From: Candidatus Cloacimonadales bacterium
Lineage (GTDB): Bacteria > Cloacimonadota > Cloacimonadia > Cloacimonadales > JAIOQZ01
Assembly (NCBI GenBank): GCA_963674825.1
Contig: OY771587.1
Location: forward strand, 736,001 to 800,000
DNA length: 64,000 nt
Reading direction: 5' to 3'
Each line of letters opens with the position of its first letter. The stretch's first letter is position 1. Below the pieces are notes generated by a model. It ran no database searches, had not been told where the DNA came from, and saw only the letters and a program-made list of their open reading frames with translations. The position numbers were made by a program, and so were the translations under genes. Of the stretch, positions 9,316 to 19,917 are shown piece after piece.

Positions 9316-11697
9316 CTACTCCGTGCGCAGGTTCTCGATAAGGTTGGAGCGATTGAGCCGCAGCCAATGCAACAGCACAGCCATCAGGATAAGGATGAAG
9401 CTTACCAGCAAACCCACGATGAAATCGAGCACGGTGAGGCTTACCCGGCTGTTAAAGCCTTCCAGCCACCGCTGCAAGACGTATTGTGCCACAGGAATCG
9501 ATATCCCGAGAGCAATCCCGAGCAGTACGACATAGCTGCGCAGCAGGTATGTCACCGTATCCAATGGAGACGCGCCAAGGACCTTGCGAATGGCCATGTT
9601 CTTGGTTTGCTGACGCAACGTGTAGGCAGTCAGGCCGAATATCCCGATAAAGGTGAAAAGCATACCGAGTGTAGCCACGAAAACCATCAGGCGCATGAAG
9701 TTACGTTCGGGGTCGTACTGGTGCGTCACTTCCCAGTCGGTATCGAACATGCTCGCGAAGAATATATTCGCTTTGGCGTTCTGCTTGAAGATATCCCATA
9801 GCTGCATCCGTGCCTCGGCTTCGGCACCCGGTGCAAGCCGGAAGTGGAAATAAGACTCGATGAAGTTCATCTTCTTGTAAACCATCGGGCGGACAGGATT
9901 TTGCAGGCCTTCCCAATAGGAATCTCCTACCACACCGATAAGCGGACCGCTGAAGTAGAACATGTTTGGGGCATCCATACCGATTTCGATCATCGTGCCC
10001 AGTTCGATGCCATAATGCCCATATCGTTCCATGAATGCTTCATTGACCACCACGCCTGTCGAATCGCTTCCGTGCCATGTATCGCCCTCGATCACCGGTA
10101 TGTGGAACATATCGAAAAATTCGCCGCCCACCAGGCCAAAGGGACACATCCGGTCTTTCTTTGTTCCTTTCTCGCTATGTATAGTCAGGTACGATTCGTG
10201 GATTTGCTTTCCGGGGAAGAAATTCGAATGCGATGCCGATTCCACGCCAGGTATCTTACTCGCCTGCTCCAGGATTTCATCCTGGTAGCGTCCTGTATTG
10301 AGCAAATGGTGGAAACTGGTAATATTCTTGGCGTCGAAGCCCGGAAACTTGTTGTCCAGCAGATGAATCTGTCGAATCAACAGCATCGCGGTTATGATCA
10401 GCACCAGCGAGATGGTCAGTTGAAAAAGCATCGCGACTTTCCAATGTTGCGAAGAGCGCTTCTTGTAAAGGATCGCGCGTGCCACCATTGAGGGATAGAG
10501 AACGATGATCATGCCGGCGATGACCAGCCCTACGGCGATCACCCCAAGAACCTTCGTCCAGCCAATGTTCTCCAGCGTGTAGCCAGGGATGAATACATTC
10601 AGATACGGCAGAAGCAGATAGATGAGGAATCCGGCCACGAGTACCATCAAGATATAGAGAAAGAGATGCTCCAGCATGAATTGTCGCACGATATCTCCCG
10701 ATGCCGCACCCATGCTGCGGCGAATATCGATCTCCTTCTTGCGGCTCATAGCGCGCACGGTAAGAAGGATCATGCTGTTGGTAACCAGCACCATCAGGAT
10801 CGCCAGCGCGACGATGCCGTACTTGAGCAGTTCTTTTTTATCGAAGGTCTCGTATTGCTTCATGTAGGTCTCGTTATAATGGGTCTCGTCCAGCCTGATC
10901 GCCTCGAAAGTGACCTTCGTATTCTCATCCAGATCGGGGATACCGTCTCGATACTCCGCCAGGATATCCGCGGCGGTCTGCACCAGGATTTTGGGATCGG
11001 TACCGTCTTCCAGCTCCACATAGACCTGCGAGCGCGAATAGAATTCGCTCGGATCTTCCATCACTGTGCAGGAATCCGCGATAGCGTTATTGTAGTCCCA
11101 TGTAAAATAGTCGCCCTGGATATGCTGGTTGGGTGGAAAATCCTCGTAGACACCCGCGATGGTATAGCGATGGATCTGTTTACTTTGTACATTGAGCATC
11201 AGCCGCTCTCCGCAGGGGTCCGTGTCACCGAATATTTCCAGCGCACGCGATCTGGATACGAGCATGGACTTGCTATCTTCCAGGCAATTCTCCCGTGTGC
11301 CATAGACCATCTTGAGATCGAGCCATTCAGGAACGTTCTGAGAGACGAAATTGATGTTCTTGAGCGGAATACTCTCGTCGTCATGGGTAAACAGCAGGTT
11401 GAAATCGATCTGATCGACTGTATAGAAATTCTTGATCTGCGGCAGGCGATTCAGCATCACTTTGAAGACCTCGATGGACATCGAAGGAGAGCTCATATCG
11501 ATCTCGTTCTGCAACCGCATCTGTAATCGCCAGGTGTTCTTGTAGTTGGGGAAATGCTCATCCCAGGAAAGTTGGTACGTAACGTGGATCGTCAGCAGTA
11601 CGAACATGGCGATACCGATCACCATGCAGATCATCAGGATTGGGCTCAGAAGCGGCTCACTCAGCCACGTGCGAATCATTCGAGGGATTTTGTGCAT
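9316..11697 (-). CDS. ABC transporter permease, double MacB_PCD/FtsX type (paralogue 2)
   Basis: RKKEIDIRRSMGA and AIRKVLGA FtsX motifs with two periplasmic domains. ATG at 11697 follows GGAG. Confidence 0.85.
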   Translation of the reverse strand: MHKIPRMIRTWLSEPLLSPILMICMVIGIAMFVLLTIHVTYQLSWDEHFPNYKNTWRLQMRLQNEIDMSSPSMSIEVFKVMLNRLPQIKNFYTVDQIDFNLLFTHDDESIPLKNINFVSQNVPEWLDLKMVYGTRENCLEDSKSMLVSRSRALEIFGDTDPCGERLMLNVQSKQIHRYTIAGVYEDFPPNQHIQGDYFTWDYNNAIADSCTVMEDPSEFYSRSQVYVELEDGTDPKILVQTAADILAEYRDGIPDLDENTKVTFEAIRLDETHYNETYMKQYETFDKKELLKYGIVALAILMVLVTNSMILLTVRAMSRKKEIDIRRSMGAASGDIVRQFMLEHLFLYILMVLVAGFLIYLLLPYLNVFIPGYTLENIGWTKVLGVIAVGLVIAGMIIVLYPSMVARAILYKKRSSQHWKVAMLFQLTISLVLIITAMLLIRQIHLLDNKFPGFDAKNITSFHHLLNTGRYQDEILEQASKIPGVESASHSNFFPGKQIHESYLTIHSEKGTKKDRMCPFGLVGGEFFDMFHIPVIEGDTWHGSDSTGVVVNEAFMERYGHYGIELGTMIEIGMDAPNMFYFSGPLIGVVGDSYWEGLQNPVRPMVYKKMNFIESYFHFRLAPGAEAEARMQLWDIFKQNAKANIFFASMFDTDWEVTHQYDPERNFMRLMVFVATLGMLFTFIGIFGLTAYTLRQQTKNMAIRKVLGASPLDTVTYLLRSYVVLLGIALGISIPVAQYVLQRWLEGFNSRVSLTVLDFIVGLLVSFILILMAVLLHWLRLNRSNLIENLRTE

Positions 11698-11709
11698 TAT
11701 TGTCTCCAA

Positions 11710-14103
11710 TTATTCAGTTCGAAGATAGTCATTCAAGGTGGTGCGGTTCAGCTTTATCCAGTGGAATAACACCGCGAACAGGATCAGTGCGATACAGGCG
11801 ATGAGTCCCGCGACGAAATCGAATGCGGAAAGGCTCACGCCATTGCTGAAGCCCTGTAGCCATTTCCGCAGAAAATACACCGCGATCGGGATCGATATCC
11901 CAAACGCGATTCCAAGCAACATCAGGTAACTTCGCAGCAGTATCCAGAGCGTATCGAACGAGGTTGCACCGAGCACCTTGCGAATCGCCAGATTCTTCAT
12001 TTGACGGCGCAGCGTGAAGGCTGTGAGACCGTAGATCCCTACGAACGTAAAGAACATACCTAACCCCGCGATGAATACCGTCAATCTCATGAAATTCCGC
12101 TCCGGATCGTACTGGTGCGTCACTTCCCAATCCGTGTCGTACATTTCAGGATGAAAGATGCCTGTATATTTATTATCTTCAAGTATCTCCATGATCTTTT
12201 CTTGCGCTTCCGCCTCTCTGGACGGTGCGATCTTGAAGTGATAAAACACACTAATATCACTTCCTCGCTTATATACGATTGGGGCGGCCTGATATCGCAT
12301 ACCCCGCCAATAAGTGTCGTCCACCACCCCGATGATCGTTCCTTCGAAGGTCACGCCTTCGGGGTTGTCTTCGCCTATTTTCACATCCGTTCCCATGCCG
12401 ATGCCATGTTGGGCGTATCGTTCCATGAAATTCCGGTTCACGATGACACCCGTCGAATCGGAGCCTTCCCAAACCCGTCCTTGTATCAGCTCGATGTTGA
12501 AAACATCAAAAAAGTTAGGCTCGACCATCCCCAACCCGCATTGCCGGTAGTTTCCGAGGGATTTATCACCGTGGATGGTCAGTGGCTCCTGATAGTAGTA
12601 CATCACCGGCGTGAAATTCAGGTACGTTGAAGCTGTGGACTCCTCCACACCGGGGATCTTCATGATCCTGTCGATATCCTCCTGAGAAAGTACACGAGCA
12701 CCGGCCCCCAAGTACGAGGTAATTCCGGTCGCATCGAATCCAGGACTGCGATTGGTGAGGAAACTCACCTGACGGAACAGCAATATCGCGCTGATCATCA
12801 GAACCACCGAGATCACGAGTTGCACCAGCATGGCAAGTTTCCAGTAGTGCGTCGAACGACTTCCGAAGTGGATCATCCGCGCTACCAGCGCCGGGTAAAC
12901 GACGATGATCGATCCAGCCGCCAGAAGACCGAGCAGGGAGACTACGATCGCTTTTTGCCAGTTAATGTTTTCGATGGTAAAGCCGGGAATAATCAAATGC
13001 AGCCAGGGCAAAATGGCATGAATCAGGAACCCGGCCAGGACAATCATCAGAACGTAGATCCAGAGATGCTCCATCATGAACTGACGCAGAATATCGGCGC
13101 TGCCAGCGCCCATGCTCCTGCGAATATCGATCTCTTTTTTTCGACTCATAACACCCACTGTCAGCAGGATCATGCTGTTGGCCACGAGCACCATGAGGAT
13201 CGCCAGCGCCACCACGCCGTACTTCGTCATCTTTTTTCGGTCGAAACGCACATAGTCGAAGATATCATCCGTGTTGTCATCGTAATGAATTTCGTCCAGA
13301 CGCGTCACCCGGAAGGAGACCTTTTCGTCATCAGCAAGGTCTTCGATATTCTTGTGGTTCTCCTCGAAAAGCCGGTACGCCTCATCCACCAGAATCTGCG
13401 GGTCTGTTCCGTCTTCCAGAACGGCGTAGATCTGCGTAGTGTACCCGAAGGTCGTTGGGTTTTCCCATACTGAGGATGACCGATCGAGGTCGAATCGATT
13501 CATATAGCCGTAGGCTTCACCCTGCAAGTGCTGGTTTAGTGGCTGATCCTCGAAAACACCCGTAATGGTCACGCGTGGCACCAACTTCCCATCATCCCAA
13601 ACCAGGAGCTTCTCGCCGGTTGGATCAACATCGCCGAAGATTTCCAGCGACTTGGAATGGGAGATGATTATCGATGTTTCATCCGGGAAACAGTTGTCTC
13701 GCGTGCCATAGACCATCTTGAGGTCGAGCAGCTCGGGGAAATTTCTCGAACAGTAATTGATATTGTCGAATATGGCATTTCGATCGTTATAGATGAAGCT
13801 ATGTTCGATCAATACCGGAAGAATGACATACCATTCCTTGATCTGAGGCAACCTCCCCAGCATTGCCTTGAACATCTCGTTCGAGATCGTTGACGAACGC
13901 TCGATGTTGTTCGACTCACGGGTCATCTGGACGCGCCAGGTATTCTCGTAGTTCGGCAGGTGTTCATCCCAGGAAAGCTGGTATATAATATGGGTCGTCA
14001 GAAGCACAAACACCGTAATGCCGATAATCATGCACAGCATCAGGATCAAGCTCAATAACGGTTCGGACAGCCAGAATCGAAGAAACCTCGGTACTTTAAA
14101 CAA
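11710..14103 (-). CDS. ABC transporter permease, double MacB_PCD/FtsX type (paralogue 1)
   Basis: Same motifs as the neighbour. TTG at 14103 (MFKVPRFLRFWLSEP) aligns with the paralogue start (MHKIPRMIRTWLSEP) and has a GGAG RBS. Confidence 0.85.
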   Translation of the reverse strand: MFKVPRFLRFWLSEPLLSLILMLCMIIGITVFVLLTTHIIYQLSWDEHLPNYENTWRVQMTRESNNIERSSTISNEMFKAMLGRLPQIKEWYVILPVLIEHSFIYNDRNAIFDNINYCSRNFPELLDLKMVYGTRDNCFPDETSIIISHSKSLEIFGDVDPTGEKLLVWDDGKLVPRVTITGVFEDQPLNQHLQGEAYGYMNRFDLDRSSSVWENPTTFGYTTQIYAVLEDGTDPQILVDEAYRLFEENHKNIEDLADDEKVSFRVTRLDEIHYDDNTDDIFDYVRFDRKKMTKYGVVALAILMVLVANSMILLTVGVMSRKKEIDIRRSMGAGSADILRQFMMEHLWIYVLMIVLAGFLIHAILPWLHLIIPGFTIENINWQKAIVVSLLGLLAAGSIIVVYPALVARMIHFGSRSTHYWKLAMLVQLVISVVLMISAILLFRQVSFLTNRSPGFDATGITSYLGAGARVLSQEDIDRIMKIPGVEESTASTYLNFTPVMYYYQEPLTIHGDKSLGNYRQCGLGMVEPNFFDVFNIELIQGRVWEGSDSTGVIVNRNFMERYAQHGIGMGTDVKIGEDNPEGVTFEGTIIGVVDDTYWRGMRYQAAPIVYKRGSDISVFYHFKIAPSREAEAQEKIMEILEDNKYTGIFHPEMYDTDWEVTHQYDPERNFMRLTVFIAGLGMFFTFVGIYGLTAFTLRRQMKNLAIRKVLGATSFDTLWILLRSYLMLLGIAFGISIPIAVYFLRKWLQGFSNGVSLSAFDFVAGLIACIALILFAVLFHWIKLNRTTLNDYLRTE

Positions 14104-14137
14104 GCATAACTCCCACAAATTCAGTAAAAATCCCTTA

Positions 14138-14153
14138 TGCAACAATTGTGCCG
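14138..14153 (-). promoter_or_regulatory. sigma54 (-24/-12) promoter for the permease pair
   Basis: Minus strand CGGCACAATTGTTGCA matches GG-N10-GC, 35 nt upstream of the start codon. Confidence 0.7.
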
Positions 14154-14372
14154 GAATCGTTAAGAAAAGGCAAGCAGAAAGTCTGTTTGTTACATAGCAA
14201 ACGGTTACGCGCCAGTCGTTGGAAATACGCTTTGAACAGGAGCTGCTCGAATCGCGATGACCTCAGGCGTTATCGTTCGGTGGATGTTCGCATTCGAACA
14301 AGCGGAAAAACATAGACAAAATCGCATATCATTATTTTCTGCCGCAAGAATGATCCGTAAATCGGAGGAATC

Positions 14373-16472
14373 ATGCAGAGACAAGATTTTCTATACGAAA
14401 TCGGTGTGGAGGAAATACCCGCCGGATTCATCGACAAGGCAATGAAGAAGCTTGAGTCGTGGTTCAAGGAACAGCTCAAGCAGCATAAACTTTCATACGA
14501 AGCAATGCACCTCTATAGCACGCCACGCCGCTTCGCTATCCTGATCGAGCAGCTTCAGACCATGCAGGAAGACGAAGTCATGGAGCGTATCGGACCAGCC
14601 GAACGCATCGCTTACGACGCCGATGGCAACCTCTCCAAAGCAGGACAGGGCTTTCTGCGCGGTGCCGGCGCTACAGAGGACGACGTTTACATCAAAGAAA
14701 CCGACAAGGGCAGATACATCGGTATTCGCATCGAGAAGAAAGGGCAACCGGCAAAGGATATCCTTAAGGAAATCTGCACCGGAATCCTGCGGGAATTCAA
14801 CTTCCCAAAATCGATGCGCTGGAATACCCGCGAATTCACCTTCGCAAGACCGGTTCGCTGGTTACTGGCGCTTCTTGGTGAGGAAATCATCCCCATCCGC
14901 GAAACCGGCCTGAAGAGCGACCGCTATACCTGGGGTAATCGCTGGCAGAAACTGGAAAACCGGATCGAGATTGCATCGCCGTCCGAATACCTTCAAAAGC
15001 TCGAAGCCGTGAAGGTCATCCCGCAGCGGGAACGCCGTGAACAGATGATTCGCGAACAGCTCGCCAACCTCGAGAAGAGCGACAATCTGCATGTTATCAT
15101 GGATGAACGTCTGATCGAAATCTGCACCGACCTGGTGGAATCCCCGACGGCTGTTGCCGCTGAATTCGACGAACGTTTCCTTCGTTTGCCCGAAAAGATC
15201 ATCACCTCTACCCTCTCCGAGCACCAGAAATGCTTTGCGGCAGAGGACAAAGACGGCAAGCTGGTCAACAAGTTCATCTTCATCTCCAATGGTGATCCGA
15301 ACTACTCCGACCTGATCAAGCTGGGCAACGAGAAGGTTATTCGCCCAAGATTGAACGACGCCGAATTTTACTACGACGAAGATACCGCACAGCCGCTGGA
15401 GAGCTTCGTGCCGCGCCTCGAGGATGTTACATTCCAGGCGAAGCTCGGAACCCTTCTGGAAAAGACGGGACGCATCCGCAACCTGTGCGAATTCATAAGC
15501 AAGCAAGTCAGCCTCGATGCAGAAACCGCAACGAACGCCGACCGCGCAGCGCTGCTCTGCAAAACCGACCTGGTGACCACCATGCTCGGTGAGAAAGAGT
15601 TCACCAAGCTCCAGGGCTATATCGGCGGCAAATACGCCCTCCAGTGCGGCGAACCGCAAGATGTGGCGACCGCTATCGAAGAGCATTACCTTCCGCGCGG
15701 CCAGAACGACGGACTACCCACCACGATTCCCGGCGCACTCGTCGCTATCAGCGACAAGCTGGACACTGTATGTGGCATTATCGGCGTCGATATGATCCCC
15801 ACCGGATCGAACGACCCCTTCGCGCTCCGTCGCGCCGCCAACGGTATTGTGCTCATCATCGACCAGTTCGGATTCGAACTCAGCATCCTCGATCTCATCG
15901 ATCACAGTTTCCAACTGCTGGAAGAAAAGCTCGAGGAGAAGGATCACAACAAGAAAATCGTGCGCGATTTCTTCAAGCAACGGGTCGATTGGCTCCTCCA
16001 ACAGAAGAACATCGACTACGACGTAATCGCCAGCGTGATGCACATCGATTACAGCAACATCCCGGACCTCGTCCACCGTGCACAGGCACTGCAGGCTTTT
16101 AAAACGCGTGACGACTTCACCCGGCTGGTGCTTGGTTTCAAGCGCGTTTCCAACATCATCGAGGAAGCCGGCGAGCTGAAGCCGGTCAATCCCGAATTGC
16201 TGCAAGAGGCCGCAGAAAAAGCACTCTACGAAGGCTATGTTGCCCTTGAAAAGCGTATCGTCGAGTTGCTTCCCAAGAAAGACTACACTACATGTCTCGA
16301 TCTGCTGGTCGAATACGGCGCTGCCATCGACCGGTTCTTCGACGACGTGCTGGTCAACACCGAAGATATTCCAATAAGAAAAAATCGATACAGCCTGTTA
16401 TCCGGCATCAGGAAACTTTTCCTGCGTATTGCCGATATCGCCAAAATCGTTGTTGAAGGAGATCAATCATGA
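14373..16472 (+). CDS. glyS: Glycine--tRNA ligase beta subunit
   Basis: EIGVEEIPA, STPRR, FPKSMRW, FARPVRW, GNEKVIRPRLNDA, GSNDPFALRR and a C-terminal DALR-like region. Confidence 0.97.
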   Translation: MQRQDFLYEIGVEEIPAGFIDKAMKKLESWFKEQLKQHKLSYEAMHLYSTPRRFAILIEQLQTMQEDEVMERIGPAERIAYDADGNLSKAGQGFLRGAGATEDDVYIKETDKGRYIGIRIEKKGQPAKDILKEICTGILREFNFPKSMRWNTREFTFARPVRWLLALLGEEIIPIRETGLKSDRYTWGNRWQKLENRIEIASPSEYLQKLEAVKVIPQRERREQMIREQLANLEKSDNLHVIMDERLIEICTDLVESPTAVAAEFDERFLRLPEKIITSTLSEHQKCFAAEDKDGKLVNKFIFISNGDPNYSDLIKLGNEKVIRPRLNDAEFYYDEDTAQPLESFVPRLEDVTFQAKLGTLLEKTGRIRNLCEFISKQVSLDAETATNADRAALLCKTDLVTTMLGEKEFTKLQGYIGGKYALQCGEPQDVATAIEEHYLPRGQNDGLPTTIPGALVAISDKLDTVCGIIGVDMIPTGSNDPFALRRAANGIVLIIDQFGFELSILDLIDHSFQLLEEKLEEKDHNKKIVRDFFKQRVDWLLQQKNIDYDVIASVMHIDYSNIPDLVHRAQALQAFKTRDDFTRLVLGFKRVSNIIEEAGELKPVNPELLQEAAEKALYEGYVALEKRIVELLPKKDYTTCLDLLVEYGAAIDRFFDDVLVNTEDIPIRKNRYSLLSGIRKLFLRIADIAKIVVEGDQS

Positions 16473-17458
16473 ACATCGTTGAAACTCTGAGAGAAAAGGC
16501 GAAACAAAACGTTCGCACCGTCGTCCTTCCAGAAGCATACGACGATCGCACCCTCATCGCCTGCGCCGAAATCCAGCGTCTGGGACTGGCCAAGCCGCTC
16601 CTGCTGGGTGACCCGGAAACCGTTAAACAGCAAGCCGCGAAGCTCAACGTCGAGCTTGGCGATACACAGATCATCGACCCCGCTACCTACGAGAAGAACG
16701 CCGAATTCGCGGAGTTCCTCTACGATCGCCGTAAAAAACGCGGTATGACAATGGAAGTTGCCACCGAGACCGTAAAAGACGCCCTTTATTCCGGCGCGCT
16801 GATGGTCAAGTTCGGTGTCGCTCACTGCATGGTTGCCGGCGCTGCGAATACCACTGCGGACGTCCTGCGCGCCGCGCTACAGGTAGTCGGTGTCCAGGCC
16901 GGACTCAAGACCGTCTCCAGCTCGTTCATCATGGTCGTTCCAGACTACATGGGCGAAGACCGCATTTACCTCTTTGCAGACTGTGCCGTTGTCCCGAATC
17001 CGGATGCCGCGCAGCTTGCCGACATCGCCATGAGTACTGCAACCACTCGCAAGAAACTCATCGGCGACGATCCGAAAGTCGCGCTTCTTTCCTTCGCGAC
17101 CAAAGGCAGCGCTCAGCACGAGCTGGTGGACAAGGTTCTCGAAACCAGGTCCATCCTCGACGAACGCAAGGTCGATTTCGAATACGATGGCGAGCTCCAG
17201 CTCGACGCCGCGATCGTTCCAAAGATCGCCGAGAAGAAAGCTCCCGGCAGTAAAGTTGCCGGTAACGCCAACGTCCTGATTTTCCCCGACCTGCAAGCAG
17301 GAAACATTGGCTACAAGCTCGTTCAGCGCTTCGCCAAAGCTGAAGCGATCGGCCCGGTTATCCAGGGTCTCGCGGCACCGATCTGCGATCTTTCGCGCGG
17401 TTGTTCCGCGGAAGACATCGTCAACACGAGCGTGCTGGCATCGTTGATGTCCGTATAA
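16469..17458 (+). CDS. pta: Phosphate acetyltransferase
   Basis: FADCAVVPNP, ALLSFATKGSA, DGELQLDAA, FPDLQAGNIGYK and DLSRGCS motifs. Confidence 0.95.
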   Translation: MNIVETLREKAKQNVRTVVLPEAYDDRTLIACAEIQRLGLAKPLLLGDPETVKQQAAKLNVELGDTQIIDPATYEKNAEFAEFLYDRRKKRGMTMEVATETVKDALYSGALMVKFGVAHCMVAGAANTTADVLRAALQVVGVQAGLKTVSSSFIMVVPDYMGEDRIYLFADCAVVPNPDAAQLADIAMSTATTRKKLIGDDPKVALLSFATKGSAQHELVDKVLETRSILDERKVDFEYDGELQLDAAIVPKIAEKKAPGSKVAGNANVLIFPDLQAGNIGYKLVQRFAKAEAIGPVIQGLAAPICDLSRGCSAEDIVNTSVLASLMSV

Positions 17459-17476
17459 TCAATTCTTTTACACTAC

Positions 17477-17508
17477 AAAGGATCAGGTGAATGCCTGATC
17501 CTTTTTTT
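17477..17508 (+). terminator. Intrinsic terminator of glyS-pta
   Basis: AAAGGATCAGG-TGAATG-CCTGATCCTTTTTTT. Confidence 0.85.
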
Positions 17509-17715
17509 ATCCGCGACCCGACGAAATCGTCTTCTGAATGTCCCGAACGTAGCGAGGCTTTCAAAAGAAGAGATGCCAAGCAATGTAAGATTCGATTTAT
17601 CAGACTACGTCTGAAAATCACAGGGCTTGGCGCTCCAAGGAGAGGGGACCCAGTCGCTTGAAGATTCCAGGTATTGTTCAAAACCTACTTGGCGTCCGCG
17701 TAACCAGGTTAAGCT

Positions 17716-17742
17716 GCAGGGGGCAGACCACTGTGTCTGCCC
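17716..17742 (+). repeat. REP-like hairpin
   Basis: GCAG-G-GGGCAGAC-CACTGT-GTCTGCCC, resembling GTAG-family REP architecture (tetramer plus GC-rich stem). Confidence 0.5.
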
Positions 17743-17817
17743 TTCTCTTATAATATCATCTTCCGAATGTTGATTTTATGGGTTATTGATGATTGATGAG
17801 GAGGTAGGGAATTAGAG

Positions 17818-17846
17818 ATGCAGAGCTGGAGCTCTGCGCAACCAGG
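17818..17846. repeat. 29-bp REP-like element, copy 1
   Basis: ATGCAGAGCTGGAGCTCTGCGCAACCAGG; 23/29 identical to 21357..21385 with compensatory stem changes. Confidence 0.65.
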
Positions 17847-17961
17847 CGGAGAAAAGAAACGGAACCAGCGAGCCGGTTCCGCATTTGTTTCTATCTGTAG
17901 CCCTTGAATGAGAAAAGGCCTCTCTTGTTGCATTTACTCGTACTTGGTAACTCGTACCTTC

Positions 17962-19179
17962 TTACTCGTATCTGAGCGCGTCGATCGGGTTTAATCTCGA
18001 CGCCTTACGCGCCGGATACCATCCGAAGAACACGCCGACGAAGCCTGCAAACAGGAACGAGATTGTGATAATCTTCGGTTCAGCAACCGCCGGAAGCCCG
18101 GCGTAGTTGTTCAGGATGAAGATCAATCCGAAGGCCAGCAGGATACCTGTGATACCGCCGATCATGCTCAGCACAATCGATTCGGTGAGGAACTGCATCA
18201 TGACGTCCTTGCCGCGCGCACCTACCGAAAGCCGGATACCAATCTCACGAGTACGCTCGGTAACGGAGACCAGCATGATGTTCATGATACCGATACCGCC
18301 AACAATCAGCGATACGCCGGCAATCGCCGCCAGGAGCGCTGTCATTGTATCCGCGGTGGATGTCATCATATCGGTGAGTTCCGACTGGCTACGCACCCAG
18401 AAATCCGCGTTCTCGAGATCCGCCTGCTCGTGAGCCCTGAGCATCAATTGCTCCACTTCCGCGATAGCCTGATCCACAACTTCCGCCGAATTAGCGCTGA
18501 TGTAAATCTGATCCAGGCTGGTTCCACCTTTGAGGCGATACAGCGCTGTCGTGACCGGCATCAGGATGAGATCGTCCTGGTCATGCCCCATCTGGTTCTC
18601 ACCCTTTTCTTTGAGCGTACCGATCACCTTGAACGGCGTGTTTCTGATACGGATGCGCGATCCAACCGGATCGATTCCGCTATCGCCGTAAAGCTCCTCG
18701 ATGACCGTCTGACCAAGAAGGCAGACCTTCTTCTTGCTGGTAACATCGCGATCAGTGAACATCGTGCCGGTTTCGATTTCCCATTTTCGAATGTTGAGAT
18801 ATGGCGGCTCGACACCTTCGATCGAAGTATTGATATTATTACCGTTTGCGACCACCTGTGCCGAGGTTCGCACATTGGCGGAGATATCCGTAAAATTCTT
18901 GCCGTTTTCCTGAAGGAACTCCACATCGTCGAAGCTTAGTTCGTTCCTGTCGCTGGATGATACACCACGGAAGCGGAAACGGGCGTTACCAACTATAATC
19001 ATGTTGGTTCCCATCGACTGAATGTTTTGCTCGATCTGCTTCGAAGAACCGCGCCCCACACCGACCATCACAATCACCGAACACACGCCGATGATTATGC
19101 CCAGCGAGGTGAGGAACGAGCGCATCTTGTTCTTCATGATGCTCAAGAGGGAGACTTTGAGAATGTTAAGCCACTTCAT
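17962..19179 (-). CDS. MacB-like ABC transporter permease
   Basis: [36 protein letters not shown] and [18 protein letters not shown] motifs. Confidence 0.95.
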   Translation of the reverse strand: MKWLNILKVSLLSIMKNKMRSFLTSLGIIIGVCSVIVMVGVGRGSSKQIEQNIQSMGTNMIIVGNARFRFRGVSSSDRNELSFDDVEFLQENGKNFTDISANVRTSAQVVANGNNINTSIEGVEPPYLNIRKWEIETGTMFTDRDVTSKKKVCLLGQTVIEELYGDSGIDPVGSRIRIRNTPFKVIGTLKEKGENQMGHDQDDLILMPVTTALYRLKGGTSLDQIYISANSAEVVDQAIAEVEQLMLRAHEQADLENADFWVRSQSELTDMMTSTADTMTALLAAIAGVSLIVGGIGIMNIMLVSVTERTREIGIRLSVGARGKDVMMQFLTESIVLSMIGGITGILLAFGLIFILNNYAGLPAVAEPKIITISFLFAGFVGVFFGWYPARKASRLNPIDALRYE

Positions 19180-19915
19180 CGTCCACCTCCTTGAGTCGCT
19201 TCAATTCTTCGTTAGCATTCAAGCGCTTCGTAACTACTTCATCTTTGACGATGCGACCATCTAGAAGTACTACCTTACGCTTGGCATAGAGTGATATATC
19301 CGGCTCGTGGGTCACCAGAACGATGGTAATCCCTTGGTTGTTCAGCTCTTGAAAGAGTTTCATTACATCGACGGATGTTCGGGAGTCGAGGTTACCCGTC
19401 GGTTCGTCAGCTAGCAGAATCGCCGGTTCGTTGACCAGCGATCGCGCGATCGCGACACGCTGTTGCTGTCCGCCGGAAAGCTGGTTTGGTTCGTGATGCG
19501 CCCGTTCGGTGAGTCCAACCATGTCGAGGCACTCAAGTGCTTTCTTTTTTGCATTCTCGATACGATGCGAGCGATCATAAAGCAACGGCAGCTCCACATT
19601 CTCCAACGCGGTGGTACGTGCGAGCAGATTGAAGCTCTGGAATACGAATCCGATCTTCTGGTTGCGGATATCGGCGTACTGGTCCGGCTTCAGAGAACTC
19701 ACATCGGTATCGTCCAGCAGATAGGTACCGGAGGTCATTTCATCAAGACAGCCGATAATATTCATCAGCGTCGATTTCCCCGAACCGGACGCTCCCATGA
19801 TGGCTACAAATTCGCCTTCGTGAATACTCAGATCAACTCCGCGGAGCGCATGTACCTTCTGGGATCCAAGCATATAGTCCTTGGTCAGGTTCTTTATTTC
19901 GATTACCGGTTTCAT
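19166..19915 (-). CDS. ABC transporter ATP-binding protein (MacB/LolD type)
   Basis: Walker [10 protein letters not shown], signature LSGGQQQRV and Walker [13 protein letters not shown]. Confidence 0.95.
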   Translation of the reverse strand: MKPVIEIKNLTKDYMLGSQKVHALRGVDLSIHEGEFVAIMGASGSGKSTLMNIIGCLDEMTSGTYLLDDTDVSSLKPDQYADIRNQKIGFVFQSFNLLARTTALENVELPLLYDRSHRIENAKKKALECLDMVGLTERAHHEPNQLSGGQQQRVAIARSLVNEPAILLADEPTGNLDSRTSVDVMKLFQELNNQGITIVLVTHEPDISLYAKRKVVLLDGRIVKDEVVTKRLNANEELKRLKEVDDEVA

Positions 19916-19917
19916 TT

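Noticed and set aside
9316..14103. Diversity-generating retroelement between the permease paralogues
   Set aside because: Shared segments differ mostly at synonymous sites rather than only at adenines, and no reverse transcriptase is present.
14104..14145. Longer N-terminus for the permease (ORF track start at 14145)
   Set aside because: It overlaps the sigma54 promoter; the TTG at 14103 has an RBS and aligns with the paralogue start.
14220..14372. T-box or glycine riboswitch upstream of glyS
   Set aside because: No T-box GGTGG-ACC-CG antiterminator motif, terminator or glycine aptamer consensus is visible.
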